Of a stretch of DNA of 64,000 nucleotides, positions 13,393-26,500 are shown one piece after another. The stretch lies in assembly GCF_026571515.1 (NCBI RefSeq), contig NW_026856458.1:62001-126000 (forward strand), given 5' to 3'. The notes under the pieces are model-generated. The model worked only from the letters and a program-made list of their open reading frames with translations, had not been told where the DNA came from and searched no databases. Position 1 is the stretch's first letter. Each line of letters begins with the position of its first letter. Source of the DNA: Ruditapes philippinarum (taxonomy: Eukaryota). The translations under genes and the position numbers were made by a program.

Positions 13393-14589
13393 TTCAATAT
13401 ATAATTTTCAATAATATTGCAATTCTTCCCAAACTATAATGATTTTTTTACATAACCGAAGACCTATACATTTTCAAAGAAATAAATTGACTGCTCCATA
13501 GGTTGTTACGAATTTATTTTATGAAATTTTAAGCTCAATAGGATTATAATTACCTTGTGTATTAGATTTCAATTTTAAATTAGTCAGATTGCCTTAATCT
13601 TGGTCGCTCTTTCGCTCAAAGTTCTTTTTTATTCTTGCTATTTGATTTCAACAACCATTAAAGGCACATTCTGCCTCGGAAATAAATGAATATCTTTACA
13701 TATAGAAAGGGCAAACATTAGTCTAATTACGTTTAAATAATTGATTAAGAGAATGTTAGATGGTTCTCAACTGAAAGAAATAGCGCTATATGTCATGAAA
13801 GTAGCAAAATGTAAAGTAGTGTGTTGAGACCATACAAAAATGTATATCACTGTAACTGAAACTGTGCCAAAAGGCAACATAATTAGGCAAAATATGGTTC
13901 AAATGACCAACCAGTAACCTTTTAGAAACGAAAGCAGGGCTTAAAAATTAAAAAGCTTTTGATTACAAAATTAATTCATTTCTGAGGCATGATGGGCCTT
14001 TAAAAAGCAAGAATAATTAGAACCGATAAGCGTGTAATGTTTAACAGACTAATCCAGTTGTACGATCTTCTAACAAATATGTCAGATAAGAACATATGGT
14101 TTTTTTTGAAAATGAGGAAATTAAAAACGTGCTTTATATTGGTATCTAAACAAATGAAATTGTTTATGCTGAAACACAAACACTTTGTCAATGCATAATC
14201 TTTAGAAATATCACCAAACTGTTGAACTTTTATCCCTGAAAGTTCTTTTATTTCGTTGTCTTCCATTTTATGCGTTATGTTTCAACAATCATTAAATAAC
14301 AGGAATAATTGGAACCGACTAGCGTGAAATGTTTACCAGAATAAATCAGTTATAAGTACACGAGATTATTATAAGTCTGTCAGATAAAACAATACTGTTT
14401 GTAAATGAGGACAGTAAAAACGTGTTTAACATACAATAAAACAAGGAAAAAAACAGGTAATACAAATTAGACAGAACAAATTCTAGCATTGCATAATATT
14501 TACAGAAGTTAAAGATATAATATGTTTATCTTGAATTCTTTTACAGAAATGTATTGAAATCTAGCAAACACTGCAAAATATGATAATAC

Positions 14590-14740
14590 TGCAGGCCCGC
14601 TTTGATTGAATTAAGGTTGTTCATGGGCGGGAGTGGAAGCTACCGTCAACGACCATGAGCACCGGCTTAAGCAGAAAGCACGAAAATGATTCAATTTGAA
14701 TTTAGAAACATCCGCAGATGTGTCCATACGGCGGTTATCT
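14590..14740 (+). repeat. Multi-hairpin dispersed element, orientation A
   Basis: GCAGGCCCGCTTTGATTG...CTACCGTC...GCACCGGCTTAAGCAGAA...AAACATCCGCAGATGTG. Confidence 0.8.
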
Positions 14741-17519
14741 TAAAGTCACGTCTAAATTAAACACGTTCACGCATTTAAGGTCATCTGCATTTTATTATGA
14801 GGCGATATATACTATTTTAAAGCATAATCAAAAGCATTGTTCATTGCTTATTGCAGATATGGGTAATTATATAACAATATTTATAGAGACCCTCGTGTGA
14901 GACATATTTATTATTTTATTAGCTTAATAAACTTTAACAACGATATCACAAAATGTATTTGTCACATTGTACATGAACTGGGAACAATTTGAAAGCCATT
15001 TTTCCCATGTGTATAAAGAACGTACGCTTGAAATAAGAAACAGAAAGCATTGTTTAAATAAACATTAATCACGTGTGTTTGCTTTTACGGCGCGTCAGAT
15101 GGTACACAAATGTAAAAGCAACAACAGGGGTCAAACCACCTCATCTGGTCGAGCAAAGAAATGCATAGACCACTTACGATTATCCCGCATGGAAAAACGG
15201 TGGCTGCAATTATTATGCCTCAACCATTTAAGACACCCCCACCCCCAAATATGTAAAATATGGAATTGAGAAAATGAAATATTCTTACATATTACATGTT
15301 CATATCACCTTTCAATTAAGGTGAGTCGTTTTCTGTTGAAAAAACAAACATTTCTTTTCAAAATGAAGAATGAACACAATTGTGTAATTATTTAAATCAA
15401 AACGTTGTGAATTCCGAAGTTTCACAGTCAGTCGTATCAAAAATAGACGTATTTATACCTAACGATACGGAGGTTAGAAATACATGTATATTCATTCACG
15501 TCAGTCATCTGGATTGAGATTCTAGTTTCGATTGATGAAAGAGAATTAAGGTTGTAATGATACATATCTTTACTTTTATAAAAAGTCTATACAATCAGAC
15601 TGAAAGAGGGCGCATTTGTTTGTCCCGTTGTTTTGTGTATGCAATTATCTAACGAATTATTAGTTATGACAGCGTTTTAGAAAATCCGTTTGCTGCCATT
15701 CCCTTTTAAATAAAATTAACATCAATAAGAAGATAACATTTAACTAGTTTTTGTTTTCTAGTGAGAAATGTCGAAATTTGTAAATTTGAAAATATTTTGT
15801 TTTGGCCATACTTAAAGTGTCGGTCAACGTAACTAAACTTTATTCAGATGTGATTTCATATTCAAAGGAAAATGACGTAAATTTATAAACTCTTTGGCTA
15901 CAAAAATTCATTTGCTTTTGAGACGATTTGCATTTAGAAATATTCAATTGCGTTTAAAATTTATATTTTTTTCTCAAATTCCAACGAACACCTGTTTGGA
16001 CAAACGATTTGAATTCATACTTTTCTCACATAATTTGAAAACAACGTTTTTACAATCTATTGAGTTAATTAATTTGTTAACAAGCGATTTTCTCGCTTGT
16101 ACTTTATCTCTTAAAATAACGTTTTATTTTCTTTTTGGTGTGAAAAAAATTACCAATAAGCCTTTATTAATATTGAGGTGTAAATGTTTGAATTGGTAAC
16201 TACTGCGAAGTCAATGTGTTTTTATTTTAAACATCTGATTCAATTTCATACTCATGGTGAATTTGTTAAAGTTTTGAGTGTGTTGTCGGCCTATCCTTTA
16301 ATAAGACATCCTTAATACAATAAGATAAAATTTAAAAAAACGACACAAATCCCGTATGAATTAATGTATGCGTTTAGTACTGTGAGTGTACGATTTTACT
16401 CATGACTGAAGTTTTAACTTTCAGATCCATTAATGTCAAAAATTGCATACTATAAGAAATGTTCGTCTTCCACAACCACAAACAAACAAATATCCTTTAG
16501 AATCATAAAAAGTACAGTTGCCTGGTTAACACAGATGTATAATATTGTAAAAGTTTATGAGTTATAAAGAAAACAACTTAAAATCTATATTTCAAAATTA
16601 AAATTTTGATAATTGGAAAGATGGGAGAAAATAAACAGTTTTAGCCGTCTATAAACATAAGGTTAAATACAATTGCTGAACGCAAAATAAAAATAAAAAC
16701 TTTGGTTAAATTATTATATACTACGATATGTTATTTTGTTTAAGAGAACCACATTTTCCAGATGTTAAACATTAATTACACGTATTTCTTCATTTTATTT
16801 AGAATAATATATTTTCAAATTATTTCAAACTAAATTACAGTATTATGCTTTGTCTAGGCGTTTAAATCTATTATACGTATTTCTTTATTTTTCATAAAAA
16901 AAACAATACAACATGATAATGATAATTCAATAATTTAATTCAATAATAATCATATTTAAGGTTAAAAAACGCATCATATACATGTAAATTACTTTGCCAT
17001 TACGACAAGCAACGTAAAGAAGTTTTAATAGTCACTGGCAAGAATGAAAGCAAAAATATGCTGTTAACCTTCAGAAAAGGCAACACACGTTTTAATCTTC
17101 CTATTCAGGAATATGCGTGCACGTGTCCTATAATTTTGAGACAACAGGCAAGAGATAAAAGTAAAAAATCTTTCATCTCAAAAACTTTTATCTCTCATGA
17201 ATAATAAATATCGTATCATCATGCATATTAAATTTGTGTCAAATGATAATGTAAGTAACATTTGAAGTTTTATTATGCATTACAAGTATTTTCAATCGTT
17301 ACACAATTTTCATCTTGTATGTTTCTGTTTGTTTTTATTATAAAGTCAGAAAAAGGTGATACAATCTCATTTATCTATTAAGATTTGGTAGTTGAAGGCT
17401 GTATACTGTTTGATAGATTTCCTTTATGCAAGAGAATTCAAATCAAAACTCCGTCTAGAAGATACCCCTTTAAAAGTCGGCTGATCAAATTTCTCCATAA
17501 ATGACCGACTACGTATCCC

Positions 17520-17640
17520 TAATGAGTACTGACTCAGTGGTGAATGACAAATGACCATAAGATTCAATAGACATAAACATATTTTGCATGGCCCGAGGAT
17601 TGAACTAGCGGCCCCCTGGATTACATGTACAAATCCTAAG
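17520..17640 (-). mobile_element. Degraded tRNA-derived SINE upstream of P2b
   Basis: GGTGAATGACAAATGACCAT...GGATTGAACTAGCGGCCCC, homologous to 1190-1300. Confidence 0.55.
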
Positions 17641-17789
17641 CTTTTCCTCAAATATTCGGACGGCAAATGAAATAATCATGCTATATCATAATAATATTCA
17701 TTCTTTATACAAATGTATATTATTTGAAACATGTACATTAGATAAGGAACATACAATGAATTTTCCCTCTCCTAAAAAAATACCAGCAA

Positions 17790-17935
17790 ATTGTTGACAA
17801 TACAGCAATCTGAATGTTTTCTATGTCGGAGAAAGCATTCTCTATTATTGTGCTTTCTATATAAGTAGATATATCGTTAAAAGAATTCCTATTAAAGACG
17901 CAATATAAAAACACTTTCAATCAAGTGCCCAGGCC
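17790..17935 (+). promoter_or_regulatory. Candidate Pol II core promoter P2b
   Basis: GAATTCC-TATTAAAG (17890-17897)-ACGCAATATAAAAACACTTTCAATCAAGTG. Confidence 0.4.
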
Positions 17936-20729
17936 AATTTGTCCATGTAATCAAATTTCCCTTCTTTTGAGAGCCCGATTTAATCAAGAACGCGCCTTGA
18001 ATAGATCTTTGTTCTCATTTCTTGATTTAAATCAGTGTGTTGTCTATAACATAGAAACCAGTTATATAGCAAAGAAATGTACAATGGAATTCCAATATAA
18101 ATTAATGTATTTTTGTATTCTAATTTGCAAAAAAAAAAATCCATGTGACCGATAGAAATTTTTATACATCGCCTTCAGAATGTATCTATAGGGTTTATTA
18201 AAACTTGAAGCAGTCTTTTCATAATTTATATTTTATATTTACCATTAATTATTATCACCATTTGATCAATGGCCAGTATAACAGTCAATCTTTTGAAATA
18301 TGTAGCTATTTAAGCTAAACTTGACAACTAAAAATGGGCCTTATGTCATTTAAAATTAGTTTTTTTTTGAAACAGTTATCGATAACCAGTTGCTCACTTT
18401 GACCCGAACTTCACATATTGTACTGATAAAATATTTATCTGCAACTTAACATAGAGCACATATTCAAATAGAAAGGCGAAAATAATTGCGTTTATTGTTT
18501 TGTTACCTGAACGAAGGAACACATTGTTTAGAGAGAAAAAAAATCTCAACAAATACTCAATCTCGAATGTTTAACCGTTAAATGTTTAAAAATGAGTGCC
18601 GGCGTTTCATTTTGCAAATGTAAACTTTCAATTAAGTACTATCTAAGCTAAAACTAAACAACTTCGAGCAAGAAAAATTGTTTAAATACAGAATCATGAG
18701 TTTACCAAGAATTTGAATGTCTATAGACCGTTAATCGACGGAAGTTTTGTTCCAAATCACTTTGCCTAATAGGTACCCAATATGACAATCAAAATGTGCA
18801 GTTATGATTCCTCTGTCTGTCCTAGGGTTCCTTTGTTTGAATGTTTGAAAGATATCGTTACAGGAGACCCCAACTCCACATCTCTATGATACGGGTTTCG
18901 TCTTTAGCTTTAACAAATTTTGATCAATATCACCTTTTTACAACTTGAATAATATCCTCGTGAGACTGATCAAACAGTCGTTAATACAAGTCTTGATGAG
19001 TACAAAGATATAACGCTAGATTATGTGGGTCTTATATGATTCCCTTGTGAACTTTATCATATCCAACTATAATAACCATTATGACAAAGGTCAACATAAA
19101 GGCAAGAAAATGATAGTTGCTGATACCAGAAATGACATTTTGTCATATATATATTTCAATACATGACATTAATACTAATTTACAGATTACAGCATACAAT
19201 ATGGAACCAGAAATCTATAGCAACCATATAATCTCTAAAATTGAATAAGGTCACCGAAAAGTGTTTAATTATTCAGACAAAACTTATTGAATTATATGAA
19301 ATGAGACATGTTTAATACATCTTGAAAAGCAAATATGATTCAGTAAGAGATGTGAAAGCTTTTTGCAAGACATTCCCAATGTCTTTCCTAATTGGCACAT
19401 TTATTTAAACATAATATCTTAGTACGATATGGTTAATATAAACTAAAATAAAGCCTATAATACTTAGTAAGAGTAATAATGAATGCTTAATATTTGTTAT
19501 AACGAAGGATTCAAATAGGATTTATAATGCCTTATTTTTGTATAATATTATATATTTTTATATAATTTGAAGTGCATAGTAACAGTGCAATAGTTTCTCA
19601 AATTTTGGTCAAACAAAATACTTTTTTTATTGTGCGGTATATTTATGTTGTTTTAGCTGAATGTGTCTGCTGACAATCAATGAAAATAAACAACAAGAAT
19701 ATGTATTATTGTACCTTTTCGTACACGCATGAAACTTAATATTACAATTGATTGTCATCTAAGCTCAATAAGATACTTATTACATTGTTCATAAAATCTG
19801 AACTTAAGTCAGATTGCCTTACTCTAGGCCGATTTTTCTCTGAGAGTTCTTGTTCTTGTCTATATCATTCTCTATTCAGTTTCAACAATTAGATAGCAGG
19901 AAAATTGGAAACGATAGGCGTGAAACGTTTCCACACTCAATCATTTATATGTTCACGAGCTTATTATAAATCTGTTTGATAAGACAATACTTTTTGAAAA
20001 TGAGTAAAGTACAAAAAAGTTAAATTAACCAATGAGATTGCTAAAAATAAGACACACAATTTTGAGTCTTGGGAAAACTTTGGTGGAAATCTCTACACGA
20101 AAGAAACGGTGAATATTTTTTTCTTTGAACACGAAAGCAATCTACCTGAATTTTTCGGACAAATGGCGACTTTTATCTCTTATGAATAATAAATTTTGTT
20201 TAAAGGGTTACCAAATGACAAGTTAATGAACACTTGTAATGTCAAGTCTGTAGAATTCTTACAATGTCAACTTTTACATTGTACTTTCAATTATGACATT
20301 TTTTTTTTGTTACTTCTTATCATGCATGGAAAGTTTATTAAGAATAAGGTACAAATAAAGAACAAATTGTAAACTAAATGCATTTGAGATATTTATCCCC
20401 ACTTAATAACTTAATAAACAGAATTTTTCCTCCTCCCCCCCAAATAAAAAAAAAAAAAAAAAAAAAAAAAACAAGAAAAAACAAACAAACAAACAATACA
20501 CAATGAAATGACGGTTTCGGAAGAGTTCCCCTATTAATCTTGTATTTCACTCAAACCGTTACATCTGTAAATGATAAATGAATAGGTTTATTGTTGATAC
20601 ACAAACACAAGATAGATATACCATTGAAGAATTTCTGTTTTCATTTCTGGGTTGAAACTTATGACTTAAAGTGTCATATTCATCTAGGAGATAAGCATAT
20701 TTAAACAAGCTTCAGTGGATAACAAATAC

Positions 20730-20890
20730 GTATATCCGCAAGTGACCGCTTATTAATATCTTATGGGTTTTGAATCAGAGGTCAATGACAAATTGCCATT
20801 AAACTCAACGTCTGAAATAGACGGTCAAGGAGAATCGAACTAGCAGCACCTGCATTAAAAATCTGAATCTCTTACTAAGCTTATCTTAAC
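20730..20890 (-). mobile_element. Degraded tRNA-derived SINE (unit 3 copy)
   Basis: Minus strand reads AGCTTAGTAAGAG...GCAGGTGCTGCTAGTTCGATTCTCC, a tRNA-like head. Confidence 0.65.
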
Positions 20891-20989
20891 TTTCTTTATA
20901 CAATTGGTTATTACTTTGTAACAAGTCTGATAGATAAGCAACTTATACGAATACGGATTATTTCTCTCTCCAAAAAATACCAAGACAAT

Positions 20990-21150
20990 TATTGCCAATA
21001 CAACAGTCTGAATGATTACTCTATCGGAAGAAAAAAACTTTCTCTTTATTTGTATTATTTATTGAGCCTTTCTATATAAGTAGATATATCGTTTAAAAGA
21101 ATTCCTATAAAAGACGCAATATAAAAAACACTTTCCATCAAGTGGCCAGG
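20990..21150 (+). promoter_or_regulatory. Candidate Pol II core promoter P1c
   Basis: GCCAAT, TATAAAAG at 21106-21113, CACTTTCCATCAAGTGG. Confidence 0.5.
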
Positions 21151-23109
21151 CCAATTTGTCGCAGGAATCAAATTGCTCTCATTTGGGGAACGTATTTTAA
21201 TCAAGAACACTCCTTGAATAGAGCTCTGTTCACATAGTCTTTAACATACGCATCAATAATAAGTTACAGAATTAACTTCATTGAAGCAGATATTGGATTT
21301 CATTATGAATAATAAAATGAATAAATTTCTCTTTATAAATTTCATATTGCTATAAACGAAATGCAGTGGCTTAATCAAAACAAGAACCTTCAAATTTTTC
21401 ACTGACACACCATCCGTACATTAGATTAGGAATATATTCAGACATAATTGCAACAACTGCGGTTGAGTGTTGTTATTCTCAACAAATTATTAAATTTTTT
21501 AACAATTAAAAATAAAAGCCAGCGTTCTTGTGAATATAATTAAACGTTTAATGTTTTATACGTGTAATACATCCAGTCAGTATCACCAACGATTATCGGT
21601 TATTCAATATGTAGGCCTTAATCTTTTGTATTGTAGACAACTAGGATAACGTTAAGACTTTCAATTGTTGCGTTGTCTTTTTATATATGTCAATTTAGAT
21701 AACATAATCATAATATAATCATAAACAGTTTGTTCCTTGTGCTTCGCAAAGAGAAAATCCATTACAGGTAGACCAACAAATGTACGTAAACATTGCAGAG
21801 TATGACCTTTTGTCTGTTCAAGGGAGATAATGCAACATCTCTCTCGATCTTAGACCAACAGTATTGTGTTATCAAAATAAATGCTGTTGCAGTAAACAAA
21901 AGCGTCTGTAAGATAATAAATGCAAAACAACGCCTAGCATATCACCCCCGAGTGATTTTACAAAATCAGTTGATCTATCAAGACATACAAATCAGATATG
22001 TTTAATGACATACCAATAAGTTAAAGGTTCGAAGTATCGACAGACTATATTCAAATCATAATTTAGAAATGAATTTTGAAAAAAAACTAAACATTTAAAT
22101 AAACGGATATACAACTATGACATTGATAACATTGTTATTGATTTCATATATTAGTTATTCAAGATGTTCAATATAAAGTTTAATTAATTAATATTTTGCA
22201 ATAAAAGTGTTGGTTCTTAATTCAGTCGTACAGTCGGAAATAAATGCTTTATATGTTCACTGTTCCATCTTTTTATGACAAAGTTCCTCTTTAAAAAGTG
22301 TTTGTTTTTTTTATTCCTTCAAGATTCCTTAAGTTAGAAATATTCGTTTTCATACTCCACATCTCCATGGTCCGGTTTTCCTCTCTTAAAAATCTGATTA
22401 ATATTTATTTCCTTACACTTTTAAACATATCCTTGAGGGATTAATCAAATTGCCACATTACAAGTCTTGATAAGGACATGGAAATTATTTCAGTCATGTT
22501 ACTAGATGGAAAAAGCGTTATATAAATCCCTTGCGAACGTTTATCATATTTTCATGTACTAACCCTTCTGACAAAGGTCATCATAAAAGGCTTGGAAATG
22601 ATAGTTTTCGACACAACAGGTGACAGTTTTGTCATGTTTATATTCCAATAAGTGACGTCAATGGTATTTCAAAGATAACTCTATACAATATGGAAGTGAA
22701 AATGTAAAACCATAATCTACAACATGTATGTATATTTTCTAAATTAAAGTAAGTCAACGAAAGGATTATTTTTCAGTTTTGATTATCTAATCATTGATCT
22801 CGATTGAGTTGGAGTTGTATATACATGTATAATAAGCATTTTGTACCAAACATTCCCAAACATTTGATAGACAAAATTATCATTGCATGTTTCTATTCTG
22901 TTAAAGGCTTATGCGAGGGTCACGTGTACATGAACGCAGAAAATGGAAGAAAAACAAAAAAATAGAATTTATATTAACTTTGCATGATCTAAGAATACAA
23001 TGTCATTTTGGTTTTGTAATGCTTTATACGATTATAGTTGAATGTTATATCTATTTTCATAAACGAAGCATTTAGTGATTGCCTTATCGGATTATCTCTT
23101 TTGATTCGA

Positions 23110-23335
23110 TGTTTGTTTGTTTTTTTGTTTCAATTTTCGCCTTTTCCCAACAGTATTTCAGTCATATGTTTGTTTGTTTGTTTGTTTGTTTCACTTTACG
23201 CCCTTTTCCAACAGTATTTCAGTCATATAGGCGGGTAATTTCCATACCATCGTTCATGGAGAGTTACACCAGTACTAGACTACCTTCCTCCGTGCTAAAC
23301 TACCAAAGCATCTCCTGGGGATAGAACCCACGCCA
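23110..23335 (-). mobile_element. SINE remnant with duplicated tail and (TTTG)n
   Basis: GGGGATAGAACCCAC (reverse B-box-like), CAACAGTATTTCAGTCATAT present twice, TTTG microsatellite. Sits where unit 1 has ~3520-4830. Confidence 0.6.
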
Positions 23336-23354
23336 GAAATAGAGGAAAACCGAG

Positions 23355-23538
23355 TCCCTTAAGAAAGCCCAGCATGGAAAAACATAAATTTCCCTCAGGC
23401 CCGCTTTGATTGAGCCTTTTTCATGGACTGTAGTTCAAGCTTCCGTCAACGCCCTTAGCACTGGTTTAAGCAGAACACGGACGTGATGCAATTTGAATTT
23501 AGAAACATGCGCAGATGACTTCATACGGCAGTTGTCAT
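23355..23538 (+). repeat. Multi-hairpin dispersed element, orientation A
   Basis: Unit-3 equivalent of 4832-5017. Confidence 0.8.
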
Positions 23539-26500
23539 ATAGTCACGTCTAAATTAGGTACATTCACGTATTAAAAGAACTTCATCTGCATTTTATTATG
23601 AAGTGATATATAATATTTTATAGCATAATCAAAAGCATTGTTCATTGCTAAATGCAGTTATGGGTAATTATATGTAATCTATATATAGAGACAGCCTTGT
23701 GTGACATATTTATTATTCAGTCAGCCATAAAAACTTTAACAACGATATCACAAAATGTGTTGTCACATTATATGTGAACCGAGGACACTTGTAAAGCCAT
23801 TTATCATTTTGAATTATTACGATGTTGTGTATAGACCATCGTACGTTTGACATACGAAGAAGAAAGTTTTGTTTAAATAAACATAAATCACGTGAGTTTG
23901 GTTTTACAGCGCATCCACACATTATATGCCATATGGCGCCGAAACATGACAGATATTTTTTACTTACCTCTGGTATCACTTTAAAAGCATCACCAGGGGT
24001 CAAAACCACCTCACCTGCTGGAGCAAAAAAGATGTATAGACCCCTTACGATTACCCCGCATGGATAAACGGTGGCTGCATTTATTAGGCCTCAACCATTT
24101 AAGTCAACCCCGCAAATACGTAAGTATGGAATTGAGAAAATGTAAATTATATATTAAAATACATGTTCATATCATCTTTCAATTAAGGTAAGTCGTTTTC
24201 TGTTGGAAAATATGTCTTATTCAGTAGATACAATACAAATTTCACCATAACATATTTGTAAACAAACGAGCACACGTCAGTGTTTTTGGTTAAATCTTTT
24301 GTTATTCAAATGAAAGGTCAGAGTAGGGATCTGGCAATTGTCATTTCTTAATCTGATAATTAGAATTAGATAGATCAAGGATCTATGATTTCCAAAGTTT
24401 CACAGGCGTATTAAAAATGGACGTATTTATACCTAACGATACGGAAGTTAGAAATACAATCATTCACGTCAGTCATTTGGATTGAGATTCTAGTTACCCC
24501 TGATGAAAGACAATTACAGATGTAATTAAACATTTCTTTACTTTTATGTTAGCGTCTAGACAATCAGACTGAGAGAGGACGCATTAGTTTGTCCCATTGT
24601 TTTTTATGTATGCAATTATCTAACGATTTGTTAGCTATGGCAGCGTTTTAAAGAAATCCGGTTACTGCCATTCCCTTTTAAATACAATAACATCAATAAG
24701 AAGAAAAATGTTACAACATTAAACACATAACTAGGTTTGGTTTTCTTGTGGAATTTGTGAATTTGCAAATATTTTATGTTTTGACCATATTTTAGTGCCG
24801 GTCAATGTAACTAAACATCATTCCGATGTGATTTCATACTGGAAGTTTAATAACGTAAAATTATAAACTCTTTGACTGCAAAAATACACTTTCGTTTTAG
24901 AAGATTTGAATTTAGAAATATTCATATGCATTTAAAATATATATATATTTTCTCAAATTCAAACGAACACCTGTTTTAAGTTTGCAGAAACAATTTTCAT
25001 TAATCCCTTCCTCACGGATTTGAAAACATAATAATTAAAATCAATTGATTTGATTAATTTGTTTACAATCAATTGTCTTGTTTGTTCTTAATCTATTACT
25101 GCCGACAAGCAGAAAATAACGTCGACTTTTTTGTGTGAAACTAATTATCAATAAGGTAATATTGTCAGTGGGTAATTACGACGAAGTCATTGTGTTTTTT
25201 TTTCAAATATCTGATTAATTTTCACACACATGGTGATTATGTTAAACTATTGAGTGTGTTGTTGGCCTTACCTTCAAGACATCCATAATACAATCAGAAA
25301 AAAATAAAATGTAGCAAATTCCGTATAAATGAATATATACGTTTAATACTGTGAATGTACGATTTTACTTACTACATAATTACTAAACTTTTCACAATTC
25401 AAATTCATTAATGACAACAATTTGCATACTTAACAAACACATTTCTGTGATAATTATAGCGTTTTTAAGTTTTATGATATCTTCAATGAAAAAAACAAAT
25501 AAAAAAGTACCAAAAAAAAAACAAAAAAAAAACAAAAAACAAAAACCACAACAACAAACAGACAAATACTTAGAATACATACAAATATGTATTTTGTTGT
25601 TTTCTATACATGTTATATAATCCTTTAGAATTAAGAAACGAACAGTTTCATTGCAATCCAGTTATGTGACTGAAGTATGCTTAACCTATACATCTATGTT
25701 CAAAATTATTTATGTTATAGATAAATAGTAACAATATAAGTCCATTTATTTCGTTTACCTTTTAGTAACATCATCTTAAACTGTGCTCATCATTTTTGAG
25801 CGTACGAATTTAATTCATATTATATATTGTCTGGTTAACAAATGTACTACTAGACGCACTGACTTCTTATCCCTCATTTATCTACAATGGTCAAATAGAT
25901 TAAATACTAGTCATTAAACATAAGCCATTAGATTAACCGTTGACTTCAGAGGAATTACCATTTTAATTACAATTGTCGGCCAGTACTGTTTAATATTTAC
26001 ATTTATAACTTTGTAAAAATAACGTTAAAATGCATCATTTTTAATTTACATTATTGCTGACGTTTGTGAATAAGTGTGTTGTGTTGTCAGACATTCTCAT
26101 TTTAATACAAGTCATTTTAGGAAGATAACTAAATATACGGAAGAAGAGGTAAACAATTGTTGTTTTTTTCTATAAACCCTGCGTTTATTACTATTGCTTA
26201 ACTCAATCAATAGACTATATTTATATTACGAGATGTTAAGAGATGATGTTTAAGGGAACCACATTGATGTAAAAACTTTTATACGTACTCCTTCATTTTA
26301 TCAAAAACAATATAAATCATACAATTGCAATATAATATTATGTCCTTAAAAGGAAACCACATTTCTTGATGTTAAAATTTGTTATAGATAGCTACTTCGT
26401 TATTCCTTCATTTTATCAAAAACAATATAATAACGTTATGGTACAAAAACACTGTAGATTTTATGCCTCTGACACTTACGTTTCAGGAAAAGATATTGCA

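Larger units (their letters stand above)
8155..19804. repeat. Large tandem segmental unit 2 (most complete copy, with private insertions)
   Basis: Colinear with 1-8154. Extra sequence at 10494-11035, 12240-13392 and ~15310-17690. Confidence 0.9.
19805..26450. repeat. Large tandem segmental unit 3 (partial)
   Basis: Colinear with units 1 and 2 up to ~24180, then matches 15310-16800 of unit 2 (e.g. ATTTATACCTAACGATACGG, TCCTTTAGAAT, AACCACATT). Homology fades near 26450. Confidence 0.85.

Noticed and set aside
1-26450. Endogenous large-DNA-virus or Polinton origin of the array, and the short ORFs listed in it
   Set aside because: No recognisable viral or transposase motifs; ORFs are not preserved between paralogous units (stops and frameshifts differ).
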